In this document: in pieces, positions 51,032-64,000 of the stretch
Position numbering within the stretch: the first letter of the stretch is position 1
How the letters are laid out: every line of letters begins with the position of its first letter
Origin: Malacoraja senta
Lineage: Eukaryota
Assembly: GCA_038087875.1 (NCBI GenBank)
Contig: JAXLNO010000680.1
Location: 1-64,000 of the forward strand
DNA: 64,000 nucleotides
Direction: 5' to 3'
Notes under the pieces: model-generated
Told to the model about the DNA's origin: nothing
The model's input: the letters and a program-made list of their open reading frames with translations, nothing else
The model's database searches: none
Made by a program: the position numbers and the translations under genes

Positions 51032-52726
51032 TTAATAATACAATAAATGAATAACCAATACTCGATAACCACAATAGTGCAAAACCTAGTAGCGGTAGAG
51101 TTGCTGCCTCACAGCGCCAGAGACCCGGGTTCCATCCCGACTACGGCTGCTGTCTGTACGGAGTTTGTACCTTCTCCCCGTGATCTGCGTGGGTTTTCTC
51201 CAAGATCTCCGGTTTCCTCCCACACTCCAAAGACGTGCAGGTTTGTAGGTTAATTGGCTCGGTGCAAATGTAAATTGTCCCACGTGTGTGTAGGATGGTG
51301 TTAGTGTGCGGGGATCGCTGGTTGGTGTGGACTCGGAGGGCTGAAGGGCCTGTTTCCGCGCTTTATCTCCAAACTAAACTAAGTCCATGGTAGACAAAAA
51401 TGCTGGGGAAACTCAGCGGGTGAGGCAGCATCTATGGTGCGAAGGAATTGGCGACGTTTCGGGTCGAGGCCACTCTCCGAGTCATAGACGCTGCCTCACC
51501 CGCTGAGTTTCTCCAGCATTTTTGTCTACCTTCCATTTTTCCAGCATCCGCAGTTCCTTCTTAAACTAAGTCGAGTTGGATAAACTAAACTGAGTTGGAT
51601 GATCAGCCATGATCATATTGAATGGCGGTGCAGGCTCGAAGGGCCGAATGGCCTACTCCTGCACCTATTTTCTATGTATCTATGTAAGTCCATAATATAA
51701 CCAGAGACACAGTCCATAGAAAGTCATTGTTATTGGAGGTTAGTGTTGGGTAGTGTTTAGTTTTAGGCATACAGCGCAAAAACGGGCCCCTCGGCCCACC
51801 AAGTCCGCGCCAACCAGCGATACCCGCACACTAGCAATATCCTACACACACACTAGGGATATTTTACAATCTTACCCAAGCCAATTAACCTACAAACCTG
51901 TACGTCTTTGGAGCGTTGGAGGAAACCAGAGCACCAGGAGAAAACCAACGCAGGTCACGGGGAGAACGTGCAAACTCTGTACAGACAGCACCCGTAGTCG
52001 GGATTATATACGCTCATCATGAGTTAACCCACTCATTCCTGGGATCGTTCTTGTCAACCTCCTCTGGACCCTCTCCAGAGCCAGCACATCCCTCGTCAGA
52101 TATGGGACCCAAAATTTGCTCGCAGCACTCCAAATGTGGACTGACCAGTGCCTTGTAGAGCCTCAGCATCACATCCCTGTAAAAGAGTTTCATTGTGCGG
52201 CTGCATAAGTGACAAATAAAGCACTGTTGAACTACTAAATCTTCTCTGCATTCCTTCTGCAGGTTATTTATCTGTCCTAGATACAACATGCTGGAGTAAC
52301 TCAGCGGGGACAGGCAGCATCTCTGGAGAGAAGGAATGGCCGGCGTTTCGGGTCGAGACCCTGCTTCAGACTGATAGTCAGGGGAGAGGGGAGACACAGA
52401 AGAGATATGGTCGGGTAAGGTGCGAAAGCGAGGCATCAAAGGGGATGATCTCGAGGAACATGCAGAATTGGCTGCTCGGGGAAGGTGACAATGGAGCCAA
52501 CACAGTTAGAATTTAATCTGGGAGACAGTCAGACTGGCCGGAGAATTAGGACGGGGAGGGATGGACAGAGAGAGGGAGAGGGAAAGCAAGTTACTGCAGC
52601 ATTTTGTGTCTATCTTCAGTGTTAACCAGCATCTGCAGTTCCTTGCTACATATTGGTGTCAGGGGTTATGGGGAGAAGGCAGGGGAATGGGGTTAGGAGG
52701 GTGTGATAGAATGGCAGAGCAGATGT

Positions 52727-53257
52727 CACAAGTTATAGGAGCAGGATTAGGCCATTCGGCCCATCGAGTCTATTCCACCATTCAGTCACGGCTGATCTCT
52801 GCCTCCTAATCCCATTTTCCTGCCTTCTCCCCATAACCCTTGACACCCGTTCTAATCAAGAATTTGTCTCTCTCTGCCTTAACAATATCCACTGACTTGG
52901 CCTCCACAGCCTTCTGTAGCAAAGAGTTCCACAGATTCACCACCCTCTGACTGAAGATGTTCCTCCTCACCTCCTTTCTAAAAGAGCGCCCTTTAATTCT
53001 GAGGCTGTGCCCTCTGGTCCTAGACTCTCCCACCAGTGCAAACATCCTCTCCACATCCACTCTATCCAGCCCTTTCACTATTCTGTACGTTTCAATGAGG
53101 TTGCCCCTCATCCTTCTAAACTCCAGCGAGTACAGGCCCAGTGCCGACAAACGCTCATCATAGGTTAACCCACTCATTCCTGGGATCATTCTCGTAAACC
53201 TCCTCTGGACCCTCTCCAGAGCCGGCACATCCTTCCCCCAGATATGGGGCCCAAATT
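52727..53257 (-). mobile_element. CR1-clade LINE 3' fragment
   Basis: LERVQRRFTRMIPG...FSQRVVNLWNSL. Confidence 0.85.
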
Positions 53258-53491
53258 TAGGGTGACTTAAGGTGCGGGATCTGTTGATGGGCCGAATGGT
53301 CTAATTCTCCTAGCACTCGTGAACCTATGGTGCTTGTGTAAGAAGGAACTGCAGATGCTGGAAAAATTGAAGGTAGACAAAAATGCTGGAGAAACTCAGC
53401 GGGTGAGGCAGCATCTACGGAGCGAAGGAATAGGTGACGTTTTGGGTCGAGACCCTTCTGCAGACTGGGTCGAGATCCTTCTTCAGCCATT

Positions 53492-53519
53492 CTGAAGAAG
53501 GGTCTCGACCCGAAACGTC
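53492..53519 (+). ncRNA. Minimal hammerhead-ribozyme-like motif
   Basis: CTGAAGAAGGGTCTCGACCCGAAACGTC; part of an inverted pair of terminal repeats at about 53335-53585. Confidence 0.6.
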
Positions 53520-53587
53520 ACCTATTCCCTTTGCTCCATAGAGGCTGCCTCACCCACTGAGTTTCTCCAGCATTGTTGTCTGCCTTA

Positions 53588-54528
53588 AGGGCCGGTCCCA
53601 CTTGGACAACCTAATCCACGAGTTTAGAAGACTCTAGACGAGTTGAAAAAAATGTCAAGGTCGTGTTGTCTCGCCGAAGTAAATGACCTCCTACAACTAT
53701 GTCTACGACCTCCTACGACCATGTCTACGACCTCCTACGACTATGTCTACGACCTCCTACGACTATGTCTACGACCTCCTACAACTATGTCTACGACCTC
53801 CTACGACCATGTCTACGACCTCCTACGACTATGTCTACGACCTCCTACGACCATGTCTACGACCTCCTACAACTATGTCTACGACCTCCTACGACCATGT
53901 CTACGACCTCCTACGACTATGTCTACGACCTCCTACGACCATGTCTACGACCTCCTACGACTATGTCTACGACCTCCTACGACCATGTCTACGACCTCCT
54001 ACAACTATGTCTACGACCTCCTACGAGTATGTCTACGACCTCCTACGACCATGTCTACGACTTCCTACGACCATGTCTACGACTTCCTACGACCATGTCT
54101 ACGACCTCCTATGACCCCCCTCGACCTCAGTCTTCCACACCTAAGACCAACTACGACTAGCTACGAGTGAAAATGATTACATAATAAAATGACGTCATGT
54201 TTTCATTTTTTTCCTCGGGCCAGTTACCGACCCACGACTGTCTACGACTACCATCACGGCCGACTACGACCAACCTACGACCTACCTACGAGTAAAAAGC
54301 ATCAATTTTTTCCATGCCGACCTTTTTTTTACTCGTGGACATTTTTGATCAGGCTGGAAAAAAACGCCGCGACCTACTTGAGGCCATGTGTACGCGGAGA
54401 CCACTCACGAGCGTGAGGAAGAGTTACGAAGACCTCCTACGACCTCGTGGCCACCATGCTGCGAGTATGAGTCAAGGGCAAACTCGGCAGAGGTCGCCAA
54501 TTAGGTCGTGAAAGTGGGAACAGGGGTT
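53588..54528. mobile_element. PIF/Harbinger-type element with internal 22-bp tandem array
   Basis: TTA|AGGGCCGGTCCCACTT ... AAGTGGGAACAGGGGTT|TTA; right TIR degenerate. Confidence 0.65.
53685..54115. repeat. 22-bp minisatellite, about 19-20 copies
   Basis: Unit ATGTCTACGACCTCCTACGAC(C/T). Confidence 0.97.
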
Positions 54529-54531
54529 TTA

Positions 54532-54583
54532 TGGTGTGTGTGTGTGTGTGTGTGTGTTGTGCTGTGGGTGTGTGTGTGTGAGT

Positions 54584-54633
<50 letters not shown>

Positions 54634-54662
54634 ATGCGTGCGTGTGTGTGTGTGTGTGTGTG

Positions 54663-54710
<48 letters not shown>

Positions 54711-54996
54711 TGTGTGTGTGTGTGAGTGTGTGTGTGGTGCGGTGTGTGTGTGGTGCGTGCGTGCGTGCGCGTGCGTGTGTGCGTGCGTGCGTGCGTGTGT
54801 GTGCGTGTGTGTTGTGTGTGTGTGTGTGTGCGTGCGTGCGTGTGTGTGTGTGTGTGCGTGTGTGTGTGCGTGCGTGCGTGCGTGTGTGTGTGTGTGTGCG
54901 TGTGCGTGTGTGTGCGTGCGTGCGTGCGTGCGTGTGTGTGCATGTGTGTGCATACGTGTGTGTGTGCGTGCGTGCGTGCGTGTGTGTGTGTGTGTG

Positions 54997-55082
<86 letters not shown>

Positions 55083-55400
55083 GTGCGGTGTGTGTGTGGT
55101 GCGTGCGTGCGCGTGCGTGCGTGCGTGCGTGCGTGTGTGTGCGTGTGTGTTGTGTGTGTGTGTGCGTGCGTGCGTGCGTGTGGTGTGCGTGCGTGCGTGT
55201 GTGTGTGTGTGCGTGTGTTGTGTGTGTGCGTGCGTGCGTGCGTGTGTGTGCGTGCGTGTGTGTTGTGTGTGTGTGTGTGTGCGTGCGTGCGTGTGTGTGT
55301 GTGCGTGCGTGTTGTGTGTGTGTGTGTGTGCGTGCGTGCGTGTGTGTGTGTGTGCGTGCGTGTGTGTGCGTGCGTGCGTGCATGTGTGTGTGTTGTGGTG
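54532..55400. repeat. Compound (TG)n/(TGCG)n microsatellite, about 870 bp
   Basis: Directly visible; begins about 15 bp from the exon 10 donor. Confidence 0.98.
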
Positions 55401-55413
55401 CGGTGCCACTGAC

Positions 55414-55558
55414 CAATGGGAGTTGACGATCTTGCAGAGTGCCAGTTCGCAGCACATCCTCAGGTTGGCCTGGTGATCACCCAAGGTGGAGAAGGTACAC
55501 TTGGCGGGGTCCACCTCACAGTTCTCCTCGGACTCGTAGAGCGCTCGGATGAACTCCC
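55414..55558 (-). CDS. SYNGAP1: SynGAP RasGAP-domain exon (human exon 10 equivalent), 145 bp
   Basis: Translates (G)[47 protein letters not shown](C). Acceptor tcttcttcacAG, donor TG|GTCAGT; phase 1 to phase 2, matching the next exon. Confidence 0.95.
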
Positions 55559-55902
55559 CTGTGAAGAAGACACAGTCGCTCCTTGTTATTCTCCTCTTCC
55601 CCCCCGGACACTGATCGTCAACAGCCAGACGCCACAACTCAATAAACATGCCATTCCGTCACACCAAGCATTCAGGGCCACTTCACGTGCAAACCGAAAG
55701 CACTCGGATATACACTCGGCGCATGCCGTACACACACAAACACAGCGCTCACCCCAGCCGTCTATCCCGTTGGGCACATCTACGGTCTCCAAACCCCGAT
55801 CACTAGCTGTCAAACATTCCAATACACCTTCCATTCACGCCAACATCAAGCCCCATCACATGCAAAACCTTATCACCCACACCCTGCCGCCAACTGACCC
55901 CC

Positions 55903-57815
55903 AAATTGGGCCCCATATCTGAGGAAGGATGTGCTGGCTCTGGAGAGGGTCCAGAGGAGGTTTACAAGAACAATCCCAGCAACGAGTGGGTTCGCGTATG
56001 GTTCGCGTTTCGCAGCGCTGGGCCTCCATTCGCTAGGCTTCGGAAGAATGAAGGGGAACCTCCATGAGACTTTTGGTCGGTTTTGCATTTTGGTCGGAGG
56101 AATAATAAAGGCGTCGACTATTTTCTAAATGGGGCGAGAATCCAGAAATCGGAGGTGCAAAGGGACTTGGGAGTGCTGGTGAGGGATTCCCAAAAAGTTA
56201 ATCTGCAAGTCGAATCGGTAGTAAAGAAAGCAAACGCAATGCTAACATTTATTTCAAGAGGGCTAGAATACAAAAACAGGGATGTAATGCTGAGGCTCTA
56301 TAAGGCGCTGGTCAGGCTGCATTTGGAATATTGTGGGCAATTTTGGGCCCCGTATCTGAGGAAGGATGTGCTGGTTCTGGAGAGGGTCCAGAGGAGGTTT
56401 ACGAGAATGATCCCAGGAATGAGTGGGTTAACCTATGATGAGCTTTTGTCGGCACTGGGCTGTACTCACTGGAGCACTGGACCTCATTGAAACGAATAGT
56501 GAAAGGCCTGGATAGAGTGGACGTGGAGAGGATGTTTCCACTAGTGGGAGAGTCTAAGACCAGAGGTCACAGCCTCAGAATTAAAGGACGTTCCTTTAGG
56601 AAGGAGATGAGGAGGAATTTCTTTAGTCAGAGGGTGGTGAATCTGTGGGATTTATTGCCACGGGGGGCTGTGGAGGCCAAGTCAGTGGATAGATTTAAGG
56701 TGCAATAGATAGATTCTTGATTAGTATGGGTGTCAGAGGTTATGGGGAGAAGGCAGGAGAATGGGGTTAGGAGGGAGAGATAGATTAGCCATGGTTCAAT
56801 GCAGAGTGGACTTGATGGGCTGAATGGCCTAATTCTGCTCCTATCACTTACAAAATCCCTATACAATGCAACTCAAACGCTCCATCATATTCTGTTGTGC
56901 TGCAGCAGGCAAAAATTTCATTGTCCTGCTATGATGCTATGAGAATACAGGGTGACTTGGACAGGTTGGGGAGTGGGCAGTCGCATGGCAGATGCAGTTT
57001 AATGTGGATAAATGTGAGGTTATCCAATTTGGTAGCAAAACAGGAAGGCAGATTATTATCTAAATGGCGTCAAGTTGGGAAAAGGGGAAGTACAACGGGA
57101 TCTGGGGGGTCCTTGTTCATCAGTCTATGAAAGTAAGCATGCAGGTACAGCAGGAAGTGAAGAAAGCAAATGGCATGTTGGCCTTTATAACAAGAGGAGA
57201 TGAGTATAGGAGCAAAGAGGTCCTTCTGCAGTTGTACAGAGTCCTAGTGAGACCACACCTGGAGTATTGTGTGCAGTTTTGGTCTCCAAATTTGAGGAAG
57301 GATATTCTTGCTATTGAGAGAGTGCAGCGTAGGTTTACAAGGTTAATTCCCGGGATGGCGGGACTGTCATATGCTGAGAGAATGGAGCGGCTGGGCTTGT
57401 ACTCTCTGGAGTTTTAGAAGGATGGGAGAGGATCTCATTGAAACATATAAGATTGTTAAGGGCTTGGACACGCTAGAGGCAGGAAATATGTTCCCGATGT
57501 TGGGGGAGTCCAGAACCAGGGGCCAGAGTTTAAGAATAAGGAGTAAGCCATTTAGAACGGAGACGAGGAAACACCTTTTCACACAGAGAGTTGTGAGTCA
57601 GTGGAATTCTCTGCCTCAGAGGGCGGTGGAGGCCGGTTCTCTGGATGCTTTCAAGAGAGAGTTAGATAGGGCTCTTAAAGATAGGGGATATGGGGATATG
57701 GGGAGAAGGCAGGAACAGGGTACTGATTGGGGATGATCAGCCATAATCACATTGAACGGTGGTGCTGGCTTGAAGGGCTGAATGGCCTACTCCTGCACCT
57801 ATTGTCTATTGTCCT
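55903..57815 (+). mobile_element. Cluster of CR1-clade LINE 3' fragments
   Basis: Two longer ORF2 C-terminal pieces (about 56085-56850 and 56930-57815) with RDLGVLV / VKKANxML / HLEYC motifs, plus a short degraded piece. Confidence 0.85.
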
Positions 57816-58457
57816 ATTTGGGAGATATGATGATGAAACAGTCGTGGCTCATTCACCCGTTGTTCCTGCCTCTACTGGAAACCCCCTGTTACTTGCCCCC
57901 CCATCGCTGTTACACTCTTGCCGTGCGTACACTCATTGCGCTCGCACGTACATGCCACAACACCGGGGCGCGCAAACGTCCGGCGACAAACCCCAACAGA
58001 AAGGCACGTTCATTCACACCCCCCCCAAAGACAGGGTACATGCATTGTCCCAACATGCCACACTCTTGTCTGTATAGGGTTGCGGGCAGGGGGTTGGGGG
58101 TTCAGAGGGGGTTTGTTTGAGGGATAAGTGCAGATAGCGATGATGGATCAGCAGGGAGAGAAGATAGCCCACAAGATGGTGAAGTAACTCAGCAGGGCAC
58201 GGCGGCCATCTCCGGAGAGAAGGAATGGTTCCTTCTTCAGACTGAGCGTCAGGTGGAAGGGAGATTGGAGATATGGAAGGGTAAGGTGTGAAAACGGGAG
58301 ATCACAGTGGAAGAAGCCCAAGAAAAATGTAGAATATGTCACTGTTAGGTGGGGGAATGTGACAACGAGGCGAACACTCGGTAGAATTTAATCAGGACAG
58401 TCAGACTAGTTGGAGAACTAGGGTGGGGAGGGGATGGAGAGAGAGGGAAAGCAAGGG

Positions 58458-58880
58458 TTACTTGAAGTTAGAGAAGTCAATGTTCATACCGCTGGGGTGT
58501 AAGCTGCCCAAGCGAAATATGAGGTGCTGTTCCTCCAATTAGCGCTGGGCCTCACTCTGACAGTGGAGGAGGCCCAGGACAGAAAGGTCAGTGTGGGAAT
58601 GGGAGGGGGAGTTGAAGTGTTTGGCAACCGGGAGATCAGGTAGGTTTAGGCGGACTGAGCGGAGGTGTTCAGCGAAACAATCGCCGAGCCTGCGCTTGGT
58701 CTCGCCGATGTACAGGAGTCCACACGTGGAACAGCGGATACAGTAGATGAGGTTGGAGGAGGTGCAAGTGAAACCTCTGCCTCACCTGGAAAGACTGGCG
58801 GGGTCCTTGGACGGAGTCGAGGGACAGGTGTTGCATTTCCTGCGGTTGCAGGGGAAAGTACCTGAGGAAGGGGTGGTTAG
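58458..58880 (-). mobile_element. Penelope-like element, degenerate GIY-YIG endonuclease C-terminus
   Basis: Minus strand reads GTFPCNRRKCNTCP...CTSSNLIYCIRCSTCGLLYIGETKRRLGDCFAEHLRSVR...PVAKHFNSPSH...LEEQHLIFRLGSLHPSGMNIDFSNFK*, with a frameshift and an internal stop. Confidence 0.85.
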
Positions 58881-61771
58881 GGGACCTACCTGCCAAACTG
58901 ATTCTAACACCAAACTCAGGTCAAGCTGATTGACAATGGACAGAAGGCAGATTGGACTGAATCTAAGGGCCTGTACTCGCTGGAGTTTAGAAGAAGAGGG
59001 GGTGACCACGTACAGGAAACGTACAGAATAGTGAAAGGCCTGGATAGAGTGGATGTGGAGAGGATGTTTCTACTTGTGAGAGAGTCCAGGACCAGAGGGC
59101 ACAGCCTCAGAATTAAAGGACGTTCCTTTCGGAAGGAGATGAGGAGGAATTTCTTTAGTCAGAGGGTGGTGAATCTGTGGAAATCTTTGCCACAGAAGGC
59201 TGTGGAGGCCAAGTTAATGGATATATTTAAGGCAGAGATAGATAGATCCTTGATTAGTGCGGGTGTCAGGGGTTATGGGGAGAAGGCAGGAGAATGGGGT
59301 TGGGAGGGAGAGATAGATCAGCCATGATTGAATGGCGGAGTAGACTTGATGGGCCGAATGGCCTAATTCTGCTGCTATGATCTTCTGAATCTTTGGGACC
59401 TCTGTTGCACCAGGGTTTGGAAGATTTGCTTGGATTGTAAAAGGTCTGGCGTAGGCTCTGAATTTCAGGAATCTTCCAGCAGCAGGTTCTGCCATCACAG
59501 CAGAACTTCCACAGTTTAGTTGCCTTTATTGCCACGTGCTAACCAGTCAGCAGAAGGACCATGCATGATTACAATCGAGCCGTCCACAGTGTAGATGATA
59601 AGGGAATAACGTTTAGTGCAAGGCAAAGCCAGTGAAGTCTGATCAAGGATAGTCTGAGGGTCACCAATGAGGTAGATAGTAGTTCAGGACCGCTCTCTGG
59701 TTGTGGTAGGATGGTTCAGTTGCCTGATAACAGCTGGGAAGAAACTGGCCCCTGAATCTGGGGGCGTGCGTTTTCATGTGTGTGGGTAGAATTTTAAGAT
59801 TAAGATTAAGATTTCTTGGGGGTCGCCCCAATGCATGAAAGTTGTGGAGGCTTCGGAGTGCGTGCAGAGAGGGTTTACCAATACGTTGCCTGGACGAGAG
59901 GTTCAGCTGCAGAAAGAGGTTGGGTCGACTCAGAGGAAACACACGCAGGCCATGGGGAAAACGTGGGTTTTCACCGAGTCCGCGCCGACCAGCGATCCCC
60001 GCACGCTAACACTACCCTACGCACACTGGGGACAATTTACAGAAGCCAACTGACCCTACAAACCTGTACGTCTTTGGAGTGCGGGAGGAAACCGGAGAAA
60101 AACCACGCCGCGGGGGTCACGGGGAGAACGTACAAACTCCGTACAGACAGCAGCCGTGGTCAGGATCGAACCCGGGTCTCCGGTGCTGTGAGGCAGCAAC
60201 TCTACCGCTGTGCCCACCGTGCCTCTCTTGATGGGACCAGGTGACTTTGGAGAAGGGTTGATTCCCGGGGTTGATACCATGTGGGACAAGATGCAGCACA
60301 GAACGCCACAGGAGATCCTTCTTCCCTGTGGCTATCAAATTGTACAACTCCTCCCCCTTCTGTCCTGGGGTAGACTGAGACTGACCCTCCCCCACTCGTC
60401 ACTTTAATTTCATGTTTCATGTATCTTGTGTTTTTATGACTGTTGGCAGATCAATTTCCCTCCTGGGATAAATTACGTTCTATCGTATCGTATCGTATCG
60501 TATCTCCAAATCTGGAAGCGGGATACTGACTAGATTAATACATGCACCCACGTACATGATTACGGTAAAGGGAGGCTGAATTTCCACTTGACGCCTGGTT
60601 TCACATTACCTCAAGAGTAAACTAAAGAAGACAATGAGGTGGCGGGACTGTCATATGCTGAGAGAATGGAGCGGCTGGGCTTGTATACTCTGGAGTTCAG
60701 AAGGATGAGAGGGAATCTCATTGAAACATATAAGATTGTTAAGGGCTTGGACACGCTAGAGGCAGGAAACATGTTCCCGATGTTGGGGGAGTCCAGAACC
60801 AGGGGCCACACAGTTTAGGAATAAGGAGTAAGCCATTTAGAACGGAGACGAGGGAAACACTTTTTCTCACAGAGAGTGGTGAGTCTGTGGAATTCTCTGC
60901 CTCAGAGGGCGGTGGAGGCAGATTCTCTGGATGCTTTCAAGAGAGAGCTAGATAGGGCTCTTAAAGATAGCGGAGTCAGGGGATATGGGGAGAAGGCAGG
61001 AACAGGGTACTGATTGGGGATGATCAGCCATGATCACATTGAATGGCGGTGCTGGCTCGAAGGGCCGAATGGCGTACTCCTGCACCTACTGTCTGTTGTA
61101 TTCCTGGAATATAGTGAGTGGACTTTGGGAAAAAAACAATTATCCAAGGAGACTGAAAAATCTTCCCCAAAAATGCGACAATAAATGATGGCACAGACAC
61201 TTTTCAAAAGAAGATTCTAAAAGCCGGAAGAAAGAAAAAAAAAATATCTAGGTCCGTTATTGTTCAGCCCTGGCGCAAAAGTCTTCAACAGTCAGACGGA
61301 CAATGGAATTGTCAAGGCCAGCGTATCACTTAACAGCAAAAGGAACGTGTAAAGTGTTTAATATCCCGCAGGTGACAATGGCCTACTAAATTAGCAAAAA
61401 TCCTGCACTGTTTCTTGTGGGACCAGAGGCCACAGCCTTAGAAATAAAAGGGCGTACCTTTAGGAAGGAGATGAGGAGGAATTTCTTTAGTCAGAGGGTG
61501 GTGAATCTGTGGAATTCATTGCCACAGACGGCTGTGGAGGCCACAAGTCAGTGGATATTTTTAAGGCAGATATTGATAGATTCTTGATTAGTACGGGTGT
61601 CAGGGGTCATGGGGAGGAGACAGGAGAATTGGGTTAGGAGGGAGAGCATCATTGAATGGCGGAGTAGACTAGATGGGCCAAGTGGCCTAATTCTGCTTCT
61701 ACGACTTGTGCTTATTGAGAGGAAGACCACACATGCCTCTGTGTTTATAAACGTCAGATGGGTGACTTTAT

Positions 61772-62070
61772 GTTGGAGTAGGCTGAGACTCTATTAGGTT
61801 GAGTAGGCCGAGACTCTATTAGGTTGAGTAGGCCGAGACTCTATTAGGTTGAGTAGGCCGAGACTCTATTAGGTTGAGTAGGCTGGGACTCTATTAGGTT
61901 GAGTAGGCTGGGTCTCTATTAGGTTGAGTAGGCTGGGTCTCTATTAGGTTGAGTAGGCTGGGTCTCTATTAGGTTGAGTAGGCCGAGACTCTATTAGGTT
62001 GAGTAGGCTGGCACTCTATTAGGTTGAGTAGGCCGAGACTCTATTAGGTTGAGCAGGCTGGGTCTCTATT
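61772..62070. repeat. 25-bp minisatellite, about 11-12 copies, CR1-derived
   Basis: Unit AGGTTGAGTAGGC(C/T)G(A/G)G(A/T)CTCTATT. Confidence 0.95.
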
Positions 62071-62330
62071 CCATGGAGCGCAGGAGGATGAGGGGTGATC
62101 TTATAGAGGTGTATAACATCATGAGAGGAATAGATCGGGTAGACGCACAATCCTTTACCCAGACTAGGGGAATCGAGGTCCCAGAGGACATAGGTGAAGG
62201 GGGAAAGATTTCATAGGAATCTGAGGGGTAACTTTTTCACACGAAGGGAGGTGGGTGTATGGAACGAGCTGCCGGAGGAGGTAGTTGAGGCTGGGACTAT
62301 CCCAACGTTTAAGAAACAGTTGGACAGGCA
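62045..62330 (+). mobile_element. CR1-clade LINE fragment whose 5' end abuts a minisatellite
   Basis: aggttgagcaggctgggtctctattccatggagcgcaggaggatgagggg matches the subfamily at 1078-1705. Confidence 0.8.
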
Positions 62331-64000
62331 ATCCCAAAACGCTGGAGTAACTCAGCGGGACAGCCAGCATCTCTGGAGAGGAGGAATGGGCGGTGTTTCG
62401 GGTCGATACCCTTCTTCACACTGGTGTCAGGGGAGAGGGAGATACGTAGATAAGGAAGCGTGAGGTGCGAAAACGGGACAAAGGGAGAATGCAGAAAAGA
62501 TCATTGTTAGCTGACAACAAAGCAAACGGAGATAAAATGTGGTCGGAGACAGTTGGACTGGTCGGAGAACTGGGAAGGGATGGAGAAAGAGGGAAAGCAA
62601 GGGCTAGACAGGTACATGGATAGGACAGGTTTGGAAGGACGTGGGCCAAACGCGGGCAGGTGGGACGGATAGATGGGGCATGCTGGCCGGCGTGGGCGAG
62701 TCGGGCCAAGTGTGACTCGATGACTCGAGGAAAGGAGTCATTTTTCCAAGACTGTGGGCTTCCTTTGAGGATGGTGTTGTTTGGCAATCGGGATTAAGGC
62801 TCCATTGTTCCAATGCTCTGCTCCGTCTATGAGCGATGTACAGGCGCAGAGGTGGCATTGGGGGTGTGTGGGGGGGGGAGGGACTTGCAAGGCCGTAAAA
62901 GTCTCCCAAAGTGCATGCAAGCGCTCACGCTGACACAAGACGAGCACACGCATGCCAATACCCCAGGCAGATCAATACAGATCAATATTGAGAACAATAT
63001 ACTTGCTACGTTATCTGAAGAGCAGAGCAGTTTCAGCAACCTCTCCCCCCCCCACCCCCCCACCACGCCCCAACCACCAAGTCTCAGTTGGCAATGGCAG
63101 AGGATGAGAAAGTCCAAAATGACCCAGTCCCACCACAAAATCGTGTCTCCTCTCCCAGTATTTTCCACTAATGTTTGTTTCAATTAGTTTAGAGATACAG
63201 CGCGGAAACAGGCCCTTCGTCCCACCGGGTCCGCGCCGACCAGCGATCCCCGCACACCAACTCTATCCTACACTCACTAGGGAAAATTTACATTTATACC
63301 AAGCCAATTATCCTACAAACCTGCACGTCTTTGGAGTGCGGGAGGAAACTGAAGATCCCGGAGAAAACCCACACAGGTCACGGGGAGGACGTGCAAACTC
63401 CGCACCCGTAGTCGGGATGGAACCCGGGTCTCTGGCGCTGTGAGGCAGCAGCTCTACCCGCTGCGCCACCGTGACGCTCATTAACCTGCCTCTTCCCTAT
63501 TCCAGTTAGTTTTTTTCCACTCCCCACTCTACACTCAGTTTGAAGGAGGGTCACCTGTCCTTGTTCTCCAGAGATGCTGCCTGACCCGCTGAGTTACTCC
63601 AGCACTCTGTGTCCTTTCGGCTGTGCGGGTCATTCAGTTGTGAAAGTGACCTGTCCATTGTAGCAGCACAAGGAATGAAGAAGGCCATTCTGCCCCTCTA
63701 TGCCTGAACTATCCCAAAATAACTTGTGGCTCAGGAGACCTGGTCAGGGGGAGCTCGGTTTCTCTGAGCGTGGGATCCACAGCAAACCATTTGGTGAGAG
63801 GAGGAAGCACTCGCCGAACACCTCCGCTCAGTCCGCCTAAACCTACCTGATCTCCCGGTTGCCAAACACTTTAACTCCCCCTCCCATTCCCACACTGACC
63901 TTTCTGTCCTGGGCCTCCTCCACTGTCAGAGTGAGGCCCAGCGCTAATTGGAGGAACAGCACCTCATATTTCGCTTGGGCAGCTTACACCCCAGCGGTAT

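Noticed and set aside
53643..54170. ORFs with 22-aa periodicity
   Set aside because: Artefact of the 22-bp tandem array.
54437..55649. His/Thr- and Cys/Val-rich long ORFs
   Set aside because: Translations of the (TG)n tract; only 55414-55558 is a real exon.
55559..64000. SYNGAP1 exon 9 or further upstream exons
   Set aside because: No FRENTLATKA-like coding sequence found; presumably beyond the window end.

Overview
Eukaryotic, repeat-dense genomic DNA from a cartilaginous fish, most likely a skate or ray (inferred from an HE1-like tRNA-derived V-SINE and its CR1 partner LINEs). The only recognisable gene is the 3' half of a SYNGAP1 (synaptic RasGAP) orthologue on the minus strand. Six GT-AG coding exons are visible: 55414-55558, 50598-50834, 43631-43832, 34660-35518, 27211-27372 and 18409-18626, equivalent to human exons 10, 11, 12, 15, 16 and 17 as recalled. 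The exon-13 equivalent that the reading frame requires is absent and probably lies in the 200-N assembly gap at 40383-40582. I found no exon 18/19 equivalent in the 18 kb downstream. The rest is 5'-truncated CR1, Rex1/Babar and Tx1-like LINEs, SINEs, Penelope-like (GIY-YIG) fragments, PIF/Harbinger- and hAT-type MITEs, and tandem repeats; only representative copies are listed and repeat boundaries are approximate. Highlights: (1) about 20 copies of a minimal hammerhead-ribozyme-like motif in Penelope-associated terminal repeats, often in inverted pairs; (2) a tandem duplication of exon 16 whose second copy lost its acceptor by deletion; (3) long-range inverted duplications flanking exon blocks; (4) a speculative chain of small, phase-compatible plus-strand exons (2.7-15.2 kb) ending in a hydrophobic tail.
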